Positions 1-11,499 of a stretch of 64,000 nucleotides of DNA are shown here, one piece after another. The DNA is from Laetmonice hystrix (taxonomy: Eukaryota). Below the pieces are notes generated by a model. The model ran no database searches and was not told the DNA's origin. It worked only from the letters and a program-made list of their open reading frames with translations. The stretch is taken from contig OZ249437.1 in the NCBI GenBank assembly GCA_965235115.1, forward strand, positions 30,008,001 through 30,072,000, read 5' to 3'. Both the position numbers and the translations under genes were made by a program. Every line of letters begins with the position of its first letter. The first letter of the stretch is position 1.

Positions 1-929
1 GACCTTACGAACTCCATCAACTCGAATTTGTCGCAAAGCTGTAGTACGTCTGATCCACTATTTCCTTCTTAACCATTGCATCTTTAGATGTAGGCTTCCA
101 GTAAGTGTGAAACACTATTTAACTTGCACATCAAAGTGTCCAAATAGATATCTTGAAATAAAAAATCCCAGAAAGTATTTTCACAGTGTTTGAAGAGGGT
201 AATGATAGAATATGTAGGAAGTTGGGTGGCGAATGTTCCGTATCTCGGTGACCTTCTAGTTCCTTTGTGGATTACCCAACTGATGATCTGACTGATAACA
301 TTCAAGATGCTGAATGAGGACGTTTTCAACCGGATTCTTCTAGTTTTAAAACAGGTTACACAAGAATTCGTCACTCTCAGTGAAATGTTATTTGAGGCAT
401 GTAATTTAATATAAACGTAATATTTTCGTGTTTTTCAGCTGTCGCTGGAAAATCAGTTTGAGAAACGAAATGAAAGATCTTTTGATACAAGGTGTTTGCA
501 AGTGGAATAACGTGTTTAAAGATTATGAATAAGAAGTCCACAGTTAAAGCTTTAAAACGAAATTAGATAATTTAAATGTTACATTTTTTTAAAAAACCAG
601 ATCCTTTAGAGTTGAAAAGAAGGAGGTGACGGGGGAGGGGGGGGGTGAAGAACCTCGATATGTAATTCAGTATAATACCTGGAGCGTCTCTACTATTGTA
701 CACTGAACACAAGCACCATTTATCACCCCGGCCCGAAATTCATTATTCTATGACGAATCCGAATGCGACAACCGTATGCTTTCATTTCTTAATAGTATAA
801 GGATAACATCCTGTTAATCATAGAAAAAGGAATATAGAATATTCTACGCAACGACTCGATGCCTGCCTCAACCTATCTGTAGACACGGGTACCCGTTTAA
901 AGTTAACAACGACGTTGTGCAGTATTTCT

Positions 930-3900
930 TGGGAGTGCTTCAACTCAGTCAGGCCGGGGAAGTCTCCCACTGAGTCACTGGCCTGGCTTCACCATCTGCA
1001 GCAGCGTAATGCGTTTAGTCAGCTGTACAGTCAAGGTGAAAAATAAATGAAACTCCAAAAAGCTTAGACGAGTATTCAGCCAACATGTTACTGCAGCACT
1101 TGGGGAATTGGCCATGCAGATGCCGGTGAGAGAACGGGGAGGGGGCTTAGAAGGAGCTGTCATTGAATAATGTAGCAAGACTTGGGAGTTGCAAATTGGA
1201 TACAGCGTGTGAATGTTCAGGAATGATGTTCACTTTAACACTACTAGAAGTAGCTTAAAGCTGAAATCGCTGATGAAATGGTATGTGTGGTTTGTATCGA
1301 AATACTAATAATAAAGACTAGAAATACTTGTAATATGGACAGAAAAGAAAGACTTATAATGAGGGCGGAAGACAGTCAGGATATGGGAATTGGAGGAGCT
1401 ACTGGGAATTAGGAATTCGGCTTATTCCAGAGATAACATTGAGCCATGAGAATACTATTTGTGTTTCATTACCAGAATCCTATTGGAAATCGGATGAGTG
1501 GTTAGAATTCGTAAGACAATCAGATGTTTGGTGTGAAATTGAGACTCCAACTTTAACTATGTAAAGAAGGAAGGGACTGTATGTATGTAGTCTCACGAGC
1601 CAGCCTTTCCATTTTAGTCAGAAACGTAAATCTTGGTTGGTGGCGGCACCTTGCAATATATGCAGATATGACTGAACGATGTGTTCCCCCAGTGGTGTCA
1701 GTCGGGCTCACCAGTGTGTGTCATCCAGCCACCAACTCGTGTTAACATGGGATGCCTGAAAGAAGTTGCAGTCAAATTGTAAAATTCACCCAGGATTTAC
1801 ATTAGTATCCATGGTAACAGATCCCAGAGTATTCTTGGTCGGGTTGTTGAATTGGAAGTGATTGAAGCCTGACGTGGCTCCGGCTTCCGTTTTGCAACGT
1901 CAGGGTAGAGAAAGCCCGACCATGTTGGCCGATAGGGGGCCCGAACAGAGGCCTCGGAGGCTTTCACTCCCCTTGGGCACCTTCCCAACTCGCTGCTGAC
2001 TGCAGCTCTCATTAATTCACATGAGTCAGTATTCCCTGCAATATTGCAATATTTGGTCGCAGATGGGAGCGAGGGGCTTGAGATCTTCCACTTGAATGGT
2101 AATGACCTTTCCGAAGTGAGGTGGTGTTGAGGAGTGGGCGTGGACCAGGCCAGGGATACGTTCGATGAAGGTGGGGAAACTGGTTAATGTCTTCTTCAAC
2201 CTTCCTCCCTATCTCGGCTAGTTTCCTTCTTTACAGTCAAGGGATCCTTTAGGAAACTCAGGGCTCCCTTTATTGTTGGGTTTCGGTGTTCTCGACGCCC
2301 CTCCCTCAACTACTTATGAAGGGCCGGAGGCTGGGGGTCTGAGTTGGTGTCATCTACCATGCCATTTTTTGACCGGTAAGATCTCCTTGGCTCTTGAAGA
2401 TTTCTTTTACTGAAGAGTTGCACTTGTCTGTGGCTATCATGGTTGCCATGGCAGCTGCGGTTATTTGGGCAAGGGTAATGACCAGGGTGAGGGGCGGGGT
2501 GGCAGGAGATCAGAATTGTAGCCCTGCACAGCTAATGAGGGATTCAAGGTTGAAGAAGATTCGGTCAGCTGTGAGGGAAAAAAGACCACGCCTGGCCCTG
2601 ATGTTAATCTGGAGTGAACGGTATATTTCAAATCAACAAGACAAGCCCTTGACTTGGGTTTCACTATTATAAGGAGCAAACAAGAAAATTGTAACTTAAG
2701 AGAAAATATGTCACGTGCTTTAGCTTTCATTGGACGACAGGAGGGAAAGGTTTGATAGGGCGATGAAAGAATCCTGGCCACAAGGGAATCATTGCACCCA
2801 CTGACTGCCTTTTTAGGTGACCGAGTGCAGCTTGATAGAAACCAGCTTGGCATGTACTCCCGCTATCATAGTCTGTTTACCGGAAGGTTCACGAAGGCGG
2901 CTCCGTTATGGCGTATTTTGATACCACTTGGGATTCAATCAAGTCCGACACATTTTCTTGCCATATTATGTGAATCTTCTAAAGATCTAATTTGAGGAAT
3001 ATATATTTTCTTGGCTGATTGGCGAATGTATCGATTATTTTAGTCTGGAGGTCAAGTGCTGAGTACGTTCACCCTAACCAACCTTGTTTGCAAGGATGTG
3101 AAAACGAAGTTTTTTCCTGAGAGGGAATTGAACTTCAGTTAAATCATTTCAGGAAAGAAAAGCCGCCTTGTGGGTGTGTTATAACGAAGAACCAACATTT
3201 ACCATGGTCTAACACTGTAACTTTCTCCAAGAACAGCCGTAGGAATGGCACTCCACATTAATTTCCTTGGTCACACATTGATATGCACAAATGATCTTTT
3301 CCCTAAATCTTAATTAAGCTGTCCCAACCAATTCTTAGCTGCTGAGGGTACAGCCAGGATTATTGTTTAAACCATACGATTGCATTGCTAAATGATTTGA
3401 TATAAACAGACGTTTGTTCCCTGAAATCTTAAATGATTATCTCCATCTGTAGTGACCGTCAGTCTCGTATATCCAGGAATACGTACATCATAACGAGTTA
3501 GGCTAACTCTGAATGGTCTGCCATACTCATTCACTGCCACTGGGTCCCAAAGATAAATTCCACTGTCTAGTAATATCTTCTCATAAAATGTTTTGAAGGA
3601 AAAGGGCGGATAGAACCTGTAAATATATAATTTGATTATAATCTTTTAGCTTTATAGAAAGAACATATATCAGACATATTATTACTCAATACTGTTACGA
3701 TTACTCTGGTTAGAAGTAACTCTAGTATCACTTCCATCCATTAGTTAAGTATCACGTCTAAGTAGTACTAATTTAAAGTTACCGATAAGTAAGAAGGAGA
3801 ATACATTCAGAACAGTAGTCATGAAATTGTGTTTCAAGGTTTCTTTCAGAGCAGAGGTTCATTAAAAGCCTCTGACACTGATTTAGATGCAGTGCCTACG

Positions 3901-4700
3901 CATAGATTTCTGTTGGGACTATACCCGACTCGTGAGATCACCTTTTTTTCGCACCTGATGAGGTAACCTATTTGAAGACCCGGGCAGGTGTGTTTGTCCC
4001 CAGATGTTTTAAAAGGTAATTAGCAGTATTGACTGGCAAAGCGAGGGCAGGTTATTAGACACAAGGGACTGGCATTAATGAGATAATAAATTGTGAAAGG
4101 GGCTGTAATCAGTGGTACGCGTTCGTATGGACCAACTGGGTGTGGACAAGGCAGGCACTTACCTAGCACGACAAACCATACCGAGTCATTGGTGATAGGA
4201 TGACTGCTGAAGTCCTGAATCGAGATCAACCTCTACACAGACTTGTCGAGTGATTACTGCTAATTGTGCTAAATGTGACACCTAATGGGCAAAGGCAGAG
4301 GCGAGCCGGGAGGATCATTCTCAATCGAAGGACATCTCCGATTGGCTGTATAATGTAATTTGTACAACTTGAGTTTGCTAGGTCTGTGTTAAGGACGCTG
4401 TAGCTGAGGAAATATCATTTTCTCAGAAACATTTTTTTTTTATGTATGTTGACGATAGGGTAGATAGAATAGATGGGAGGTGACAGGAATAAGATCTGTT
4501 AGATCGGGTAGCTATTCCCAACCTCATAGACGCAAAAACTAGAAGAAGGCTAATGAAGTCCTCTTTTTCATGAAACCTGAAGAATTGCAAAGGACAATTA
4601 GTAGCTTAGATCTGGTTCTCTTTGTGATTATTGCGTGCTTAGTTTGTTCTTTTTATCCCGTTGATTTTTGTTGCAGACATTTGTTGTTAAATAATTTTTA
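930..4700 (+). mobile_element. Decayed, near full-length LINE (I/Nimb-like): ORF1 zinc-knuckle, APE endonuclease and RT relics; boundaries approximate
   Basis: Degenerate motifs occur in the correct order across shifting frames. ORF1 knuckle-like: CFNSVRPGK (936) and CYCSTWGIGHA (1086). Endonuclease-like: DEWLEFVRQSDVWCEIET (1493, cf. DIxCLQET) and GGGTLQY (1639, cf. GGGVAIY). RT-like: KTTPGPD (2582, cf. KxPGPD), ERILATR...FLGDRVQLDRNQLG (2765, cf. ERI..RL..FLE...L...Q.G) and VYPGI (3467, cf. KYLGI). Many stops and frameshifts. Confidence 0.6.
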
Positions 4701-4979
4701 TGTAGATCTGTTGTATCAGACACTTGTATTTAATTAATTAGTATGGTAGGTGAGCGGACTGGATGTCATTTAGAAGAGGAGCATAGCTCTCTCTAATGTT
4801 GAATAAAGTAGACTTTTAGAAGTATGAATTATAACACTAGAAAAGGAAACAGTAAGTAGATTGCTAGCCTGACAATGTTCCTGAACGACCCCAAGTTATC
4901 AGTATCCCTGACGAGTACACATTAGGTGTACATTTGTATATGCCCAGACGACTCCCCCCCCCCCCCCCACCTCAATCAC

Positions 4980-5200
4980 TGACTCGATATCCCATGAATT
5001 GTGTGACTCAAGTGTTTCCCAGTGACGTCAGCTATTCTGGGCCAACTGCCCACATTATATAATTCTATCATAAACGAGCGTAAAGCGTAGGTGGATACCA
5101 ACAGAATCGATTTGAGAAGGCAAGACTGTACGCTAGGAATTTGGCAACTGGCACATGATTTCCGATTTGATGAAATCAAGATAAGGGATCAATATTCCAA
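4980..5200 (-). mobile_element. Possible 3' end relic of a second LINE (C-terminal Cys knuckle-like)
   Basis: Minus-strand ORF 4976-5179 reads SCASCQIPSVQSCLLKSILLVSTY, loosely like the I-clade C-terminal CxxC...TVxHILxxCxxY motif. Single weak motif. Confidence 0.2.
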
Positions 5201-5949
5201 CTACTTCTGGCAATGATATTTGTGTTTGGACGGTTATTACCTAAGTATACCAGTACTTACTGAGAGGAAATGCTCATTTATGTAGGGAGTCATTTCTGAT
5301 TGCATTATTTGAATATCTAGAGATTTTCTAATGCAACTAGCCGCAATCAGATATTGGCTGGGCAGGTTATATTTGACTTTTACATTCAAAGCAACATTGC
5401 CAGCAGTAATATAACATAGGAGAATGTTTGGTCAGTGGAAATAGTTTTTTATAACTTCAGATCATCAAACTTAAAATATGTAAAATATAAATTCATGGAT
5501 AAGACCTTAAAGGTCAGTGTCAAGCATTTACAGCGAAAAAAGGAAGAGAAAGTGATTTCTTTAGAAATGAATGAAAACGTGATGTTGGCTTTGAAAAGTG
5601 AATCCCGATTGCCGGCCCAATTTTCTCACGACTCTTTAAGCAGTCACATTGGTGTGCAATTCAGAGAATGAAAGAAACTAAAATTGCACCACACTTGATT
5701 TCCTCCCAGAATCACCGCACTGTAAGAAAGCCAGCTGATTGTAGTGGGGGAGAAGTTGTTCTCCGGATTGATTGTAGTGGGAGTAAAATTGTTCTTCTGA
5801 TTGATGGAGATGTACATCTGTCAACAGGAAGAGGAACGGAACTAATGACGTCCAAAAAGAAAATCAGTGAGAGGCTTGAATGGTGCAGCTGTAAATAGTT
5901 CAGTTTTAGTGGGGGCCAGGGAAGTCATGTCAATGGACTGAATGGGAGG

Positions 5950-6440
5950 GTACCGCCAGATGGCTCTGATTGTAGCAGTGGGGAAGGATAGCGGTATTGA
6001 ACAGGCACAAACCTGGGTGTGCCAACTACAGAAGGGTTCACACGCGATTATGGCAACTTTACCTATAGTCTCTGATCACGGTTTAGTGCCATCATGATGT
6101 TTGAATGATTTACCTCTTTGAACAGAAACCTTAATACTGTGAATGTGGATGTACAGAGTCAGTCATGTAACATTTAGAGTCAGACACAGTCGAAATGACC
6201 TCTACCACACGAACTATTGATTAGTTTTCTATAGTCGGAGCAGTCCAGGATGAATAATTGGTTTGTTATTGGTTGGCTATGTCAGATGGCGTCTGGCATA
6301 GCTCTACGCCCACCAGATGGCACTGCGGACGTAGTGAAACTTTTTTTTTACAGTGAGGGTCGCCGTGATTGGTCGGTCACAGTGATCACGTGTACAGTGG
6401 TCAGATTCACGTGACTGAAGCCAAGAATACGCGTTGATCA
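5950..6440 (+). promoter_or_regulatory. Candidate cis-regulatory region with CTCF-like motifs, a CCAAT box and E-boxes
   Basis: CCGCCAGATGGCTC (5953), TGTCAGATGGCG (6280) and CCACCAGATGGCAC (6310) resemble the CTCF core CCACCAGRKGGCRC. GATTGG lies near 6367, and CACGTG occurs twice (about 6387 and 6408). Confidence 0.4.
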
Positions 6441-9400
6441 GTTTGATACTGACTGACTAAATGCGGTGGAGACCTCACACCTGTCACCGGCCATCCACAA
6501 ACATCGAGTAGGGTTTGACATGGCCGGTAATTTACATGTCTCTGAGTGGAAGCTTGGACACATCCAGCATGGTAGAAAGATGGGTGATAGGCAAAAAATA
6601 GAACTCGGCTGACAGGCAAATGTGAATGGGTCAAGGGGCCTCAGACCAGGGGCCGGTTTCTCAGTCACATTTTATACCCCCAAATAGTTACCGTCCTTGC
6701 ATGCATAACCGTTTTTTTTCAGGTAGTTGGACAGACCTTTCATGGCCCAAGTTACAAGGGGCTTGCCCAACCCAACGACTAAGAAACAGGCCCCAGAAAT
6801 CTCTCTACATCAGCGTGTATAATGAACCGTCTATGTTGTTTTTTCCCCTTTAATAACATATCGGCCTTGAGGCAAAAATGGCAGTCTCCATTTTCATTTT
6901 GCAGACAAATGAAAAAAGTATCACATGAAAACATTCGGATTTGATTACAGCAATTTCTTATTTAGTTGTTTCAGGTTTAAAATTTCGCATTATTATTTTT
7001 TTCAATAATGTGAGGATTCAGCAGATGACAAGTTATGAGCTTCCACATAACACATCTGGCAATACGATTAAATGGATTATCACATTTAACTCTACCTTTC
7101 CCACGAGCTCACATATTTCTTTTTATCATGAAGGGATAGTTTTGAAATTGATAGTTGTAGCATAAGGGATAGGACCTTTACCCAAAAGTGAAAGTCATTT
7201 TACACCTGACATTGAAATTACTGAATATCATATTGTTTTTCTGCTTACTTTTAAAAACAACTATGAAGAACTATGTACTCAGAAAGTGTAGTGATCGTAG
7301 CATACTGTGTTGGAGATTATTCTGAAAAATATTTCTGCTTCCATTAATGATGGATATATAGGATGTAGAAGCTAGATTGATATTACACTGAAAAATGGTG
7401 TTATGTATATTTCCTTTCCAGGAAATCTTTCACAGATTAATTATTCATTGTCATGTTTGGATCTTTTCAGATGCCGGTAAGTGAAAATTCCTGTACATGA
7501 AAAGATTGAAGTTGGCAGATACCTTGCAGGTTTGTGGAACATCCTGAAATGTTATCCGTTATAGAGTTATCCGTTTTAGAGTTTTTAATGTCGTACCGTC
7601 TGCATCTTTTTCTTTTGGCATACATTGTTTGAAAGTCTTATTTTTATTTGTTAAGTACAGTCGTATGGTTTTCTTTCTCCTGATGTGATTATAAATAATT
7701 CTGCGTGTATTCTGTTGCATATTGATTTAATGAATAGAAAATGAGGCATAGGTTATGAGTCCATTTAATTAGACATACAAAGATATTTAATTTGGATGCT
7801 ATAAGAGACAAATGTTCTTTTTATAAAAACATGTGAGTGAAAATTTTAGAAAAAAAACCCTTTAGCTTTTAAATGTAAAGAATAAATGCATGTAATGCAA
7901 TAAACAAAATTTCCTGACTGTCATGATACTCGACCTGATTTATTTTCCAAAAAGAAGAAATTGAGGTGTCGTGTCATGGTAGACGTTTGTCAAGCAAACC
8001 AGTCCTGTTAAACCGCATGATTCCGAATATTGGGAGATGCAGTCGGTTTGAAAGGTAGTCTATCCAACATAGGAGCACAACAATTACTCACACAGAGTGT
8101 ATGAGTGGCCACTAGAGTGGAAAATATTTATAGTGTTAGGGTCGCCTCGGGGGCACAGACATGAACCGGCTGAGGTGCCCTCAGACCTCGGGCCCATCTG
8201 CCGCCGGCTCTTTCATGGATCGTCGACATTTTCGGCACGTGAACTCAATGGATATGGCAGGTTTAACTGCCCGGTTTTGTCAGGGCTCTTTACATAGGCT
8301 CCGACAAAATCGTATTGCCTAGTTACCTCTTTCGACCAAATCATTGATGTTGTGGTTTGGCTAAGAATTGGGGCCATTGTTGTCAATCATCTCAACATAC
8401 AGCCAGTGTGAGGGCTCAGTGGGCGTTGGGATAGTATCCAGCGTGGCCATTCAGTGGGCGTTAAAACAGCATCCAGTTACGTCCATTCACCGGGTAAGCC
8501 GGACTCCGGGTATTATCGTATGTTGTGACCACACAGGTCATATCGTGAAAGCCTATGAGTAAATGATGGACCTTTTCTGGCCCGATTTCGCCCCGCTATT
8601 TGCATATTCATTTTAGTACGAAAGGATCCGCGGTGATTTGACGGGGACTCGACTGTAAAGTGTTGGTGTCGGCATGGGAGACGATGCCGTTGGAAGTTAA
8701 ACAGGCAGGACAGTTGTAGCATGACACCATCATTGCTCTACTTCTGTAGGAGGGCATCGACTCAAGTTTAACCCCATGAATCTGAACCAGCACTTTACTG
8801 ATGTAAACACCTGTTGCTAATCATGTGCTTTAAAGCGCCCTCTCGGATCGTTTTAGTAAATGTCGCGTTGATAAGAGAAATATGGGATGTAAGTGTTTTC
8901 TTCTGTCATCATAGCACATTTTTGTTAGCTATCTTAAGAGGGAAAAGGTCACATTTGAAATTGTGTCTGTGTGAAGTTTGAAGGTAGAACTGACAGTTGC
9001 GTGCTGTAAACAAGTCGAGTGTGAAGTCGGAGTTAATCGAACCAAGTTTTCGCAACAGGCGTTTAGTTCACTTCATGAACACAGCATTGCTCTGTGGCCA
9101 TTGCGGTTGGCAGGCAGTCACAACTAGACGACCCGGTATTTACTTCAGTACCTGTGGTCAAACGTAGCATCGTTCAGAAAAAGTTCACCTGTCCCTCTGC
9201 TGAGGAAAGTATAATTTTTAAGTACCATAACAAATTAGTCAATTTTTTTTTACTCGGTGATTTATTGAAAGAAAGAAACCCATAACGAGTCGACTATGAG
9301 TGACTATGAGTGAAACACTTGAATTTTTGCTCCCAATATCATCTATACCAAACGCGTTCTCCTCTCAAACTGCTCCTATAAGGTGGGGGTTAGTGATGGT

Positions 9401-10094
9401 TATGGTGGTGGTGGTGGGTGGTAGAGTCAGCTACATATGGAGATACCCACTGATTTAGCTGTGTAATCTCCGGCATTGTTAACAAAGATATTACAGCCTC
9501 AACCGCGGCGTCATCTTGTCAGTTTGACAGATAGTTTGATGAATGACATGGCAATAACAGACAGTGAACTTCTAGCATTCGCTATTTATCGCCCCAAGCA
9601 ATCCTCTTCTGCAGAGCAATCATTGCGCTAAGTATTTTCATAATATACTCTGAATTACTTTTTTCAACCGCCAGTGTTTTTGTATAAGGGATGACTCTCA
9701 TTGTGTGTTGTTATTCAAAACAGATTCAGCATCGCAGCAACTGCTGTAGCAGCTAAGTACAAAATGATCCCCTATCTAGAGATGTCAAGATAATATTCAA
9801 GGCCCGTACGGTACAAACCTCGCCAGGCTACAAACGAAGTGAAGGCACCATGTAAATAAAACGGTTCTGCATAGTAATGGATCGGTTCTAAGTAAAAACG
9901 ATATATTATATATGTGTGTAAATATAAATAAATATGGTATATAAATACATACTTACTGTACGATGTCACCAGTTCCTGAAACGTCGTGTGACACAAGGCG
10001 GTGGTGACAACTGGGCAGGGGATGAGATATGGTGAGGTTGGCTAACCCCTAGCTGGTCCAAATTGATGACACCCTGTGCCTTGAGACAGCAGCA

Positions 10095-10270
10095 AGGTCA
10101 ACAGGTCAGCAATGATTGAGTATTTGTACGCTCAGGGACTTCCCAGCAGGACCTATTTCATGCTAAATACCTGTCTGCTACGTCCTCACATGTTCATCAT
10201 GGCAGCGGCCGGGGAGAGGCATTAAGGTGTCATGTCATTCACCCCTGACCTTTTGACCATGTCAAGGTCA
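10095..10270. promoter_or_regulatory. Cluster of nuclear-receptor half-sites (two DR2 elements plus TCAAGGTCA)
   Basis: AGGTCA-AC-AGGTCA at 10095-10108, TGACCT-TT-TGACCA at 10246-10259 and TCAAGGTCA at 10262-10270. Function is unproven. Confidence 0.3.
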
Positions 10271-10347
10271 GTAAGGCTAAGGCCGGAGGTTACCTTCATA
10301 GGCGGATAAAGCACAAGACGTCGGCAAAGTAAGACACTTTTTTTTTA

Positions 10348-10780
10348 GGACAGTGGTGGCTGTGGCTCGTGACGACAGGGCCTCTCACCTCTGGGTTCGA
10401 ATCCTCCTCGAGCCAGATATGGGTAGGTTTGTGTTCGAATCCTCCTCGAGCCAGATATGGGAAGGTTTGTGTTCGAATCCTCCTCGAGCCAGACATGGGA
10501 AGGTTTGTGTTCGAATCCTCCTCGAGCCAGATATGGGAAGGTTTGTGTTCGAATCCTCGAGCCAGATATGGGTAGGTTTGTGTTGGAATCCTCCTCGAGC
10601 CAGATATGGGTAGGTTTGTGTTGGAATCCTCCTCGAGCCAGATATGGGTAGGTTTGTCAAGTACCTGCTGTCAGAGTGGTGGGTTTCCCCGGGTTCTCCG
10701 GTTTCTTCCACCAGTAAAACTGACCGCCTTGATCTGCCCCGTGTTGTTGGGAAGGCGTAAACCCCCTATCTAAATCTAAA
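10348..10780 (+). mobile_element. tRNA-derived SINE with a V-SINE-like central domain and an internal tandem amplification
   Basis: The 5' head carries a B-box, GGGTTCGAATCC (10393). The core GTGGTGGGTTTCCCCGGGTTCTCCGGTTTCTTCCACC (10676-10712) matches the recalled V-domain pattern GTGGGTTT..CCGGG..CTCCGGTTTC.TCC.AC. It is followed by AAAACTGACCGCC and a short TCTAAA-repeat tail. Confidence 0.8.
10395..10657 (+). repeat. Minisatellite, 38-bp unit x7, inside the SINE
   Basis: Unit GTTCGAATCCTCCTCGAGCCAGATATGGG(T/A)AGGTTTGT starts at 10395, 10433, 10471, 10509, 10547 (3-bp deletion), 10582 and 10620. Confidence 0.95.
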
Positions 10781-11499
10781 CCATGAGATCTATATAACGA
10801 TATTACTGCAGATGTGTAGATTCCCACAGAATGTTTGAATAATGGCAGTATTAAGGACTTTCTAAGCATCGTTTTCAGCGACTGTTTCAATGCGTGCCAG
10901 GTTTCCTCACTCCATGTCATGGTATATCGTGACAGCTACTGACATGGATATTTGTAATATTAATTCAGGTAATTCACCCAGAGATAATCTTGGTCTGAGC
11001 GCAGCGAGTTGGATTAGTATTCGTAAATTATTTTCCTTCACTCTCTGCGCGGTGATTTTCCTTGTATGCGTTGATAGCTGAACATGCTGAGACTCTAATT
11101 TAGGAACTCCTTCATAACTTGTGGTGGACCAAAAACAAATCAGATTGAGTTCTTTAAGCCTGTCTACATGGATCGTTGTTGTCAATCTTCATGGTGATAG
11201 ATACGCAATATTAGATGTTTGGGATTTCAAATAATGAATATCTTTGGGACACTAGTACATTCCTCATAATTTTGCTGTGATTGGAATGCATTGGACTCGT
11301 GCAGATATCAGCATCACATTCAACTGTTTTTACCCCAGCGAATGAATAAGTTCCCCCACAGTTATTGGCATTTTGTCTTCTGTATTCATAAATGAGAAGT
11401 GTAGCCAGACCCAAGCCCCCGACTTTGGAATCTGGGAGGCAGTAGTAATAATGTATTGGATGTTATTGGGAGAGACAGGAACCTAGCTAAAATTACAAA

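Noticed and set aside
975-1178. DIRS/Ngaro tyrosine-recombinase-like reading on the minus strand
   Set aside because: The catalytic HSxRxG motif is absent, and the plus strand fits LINE ORF1 knuckles in order with downstream EN and RT motifs.
8200-8560. Possible Gypsy integrase relic (HVNSMDMAG, GVKTASSY)
   Set aside because: Only two very loose motif matches, with no LTRs or other domains. TGGGCGTTAAAA could equally be a SINE tail.
10296-10711. tRNA gene or ORFs at the GTTCGAATCC motifs
   Set aside because: No cloverleaf can be formed. The B-box belongs to a SINE head, and the ORFs are repeat read-through.
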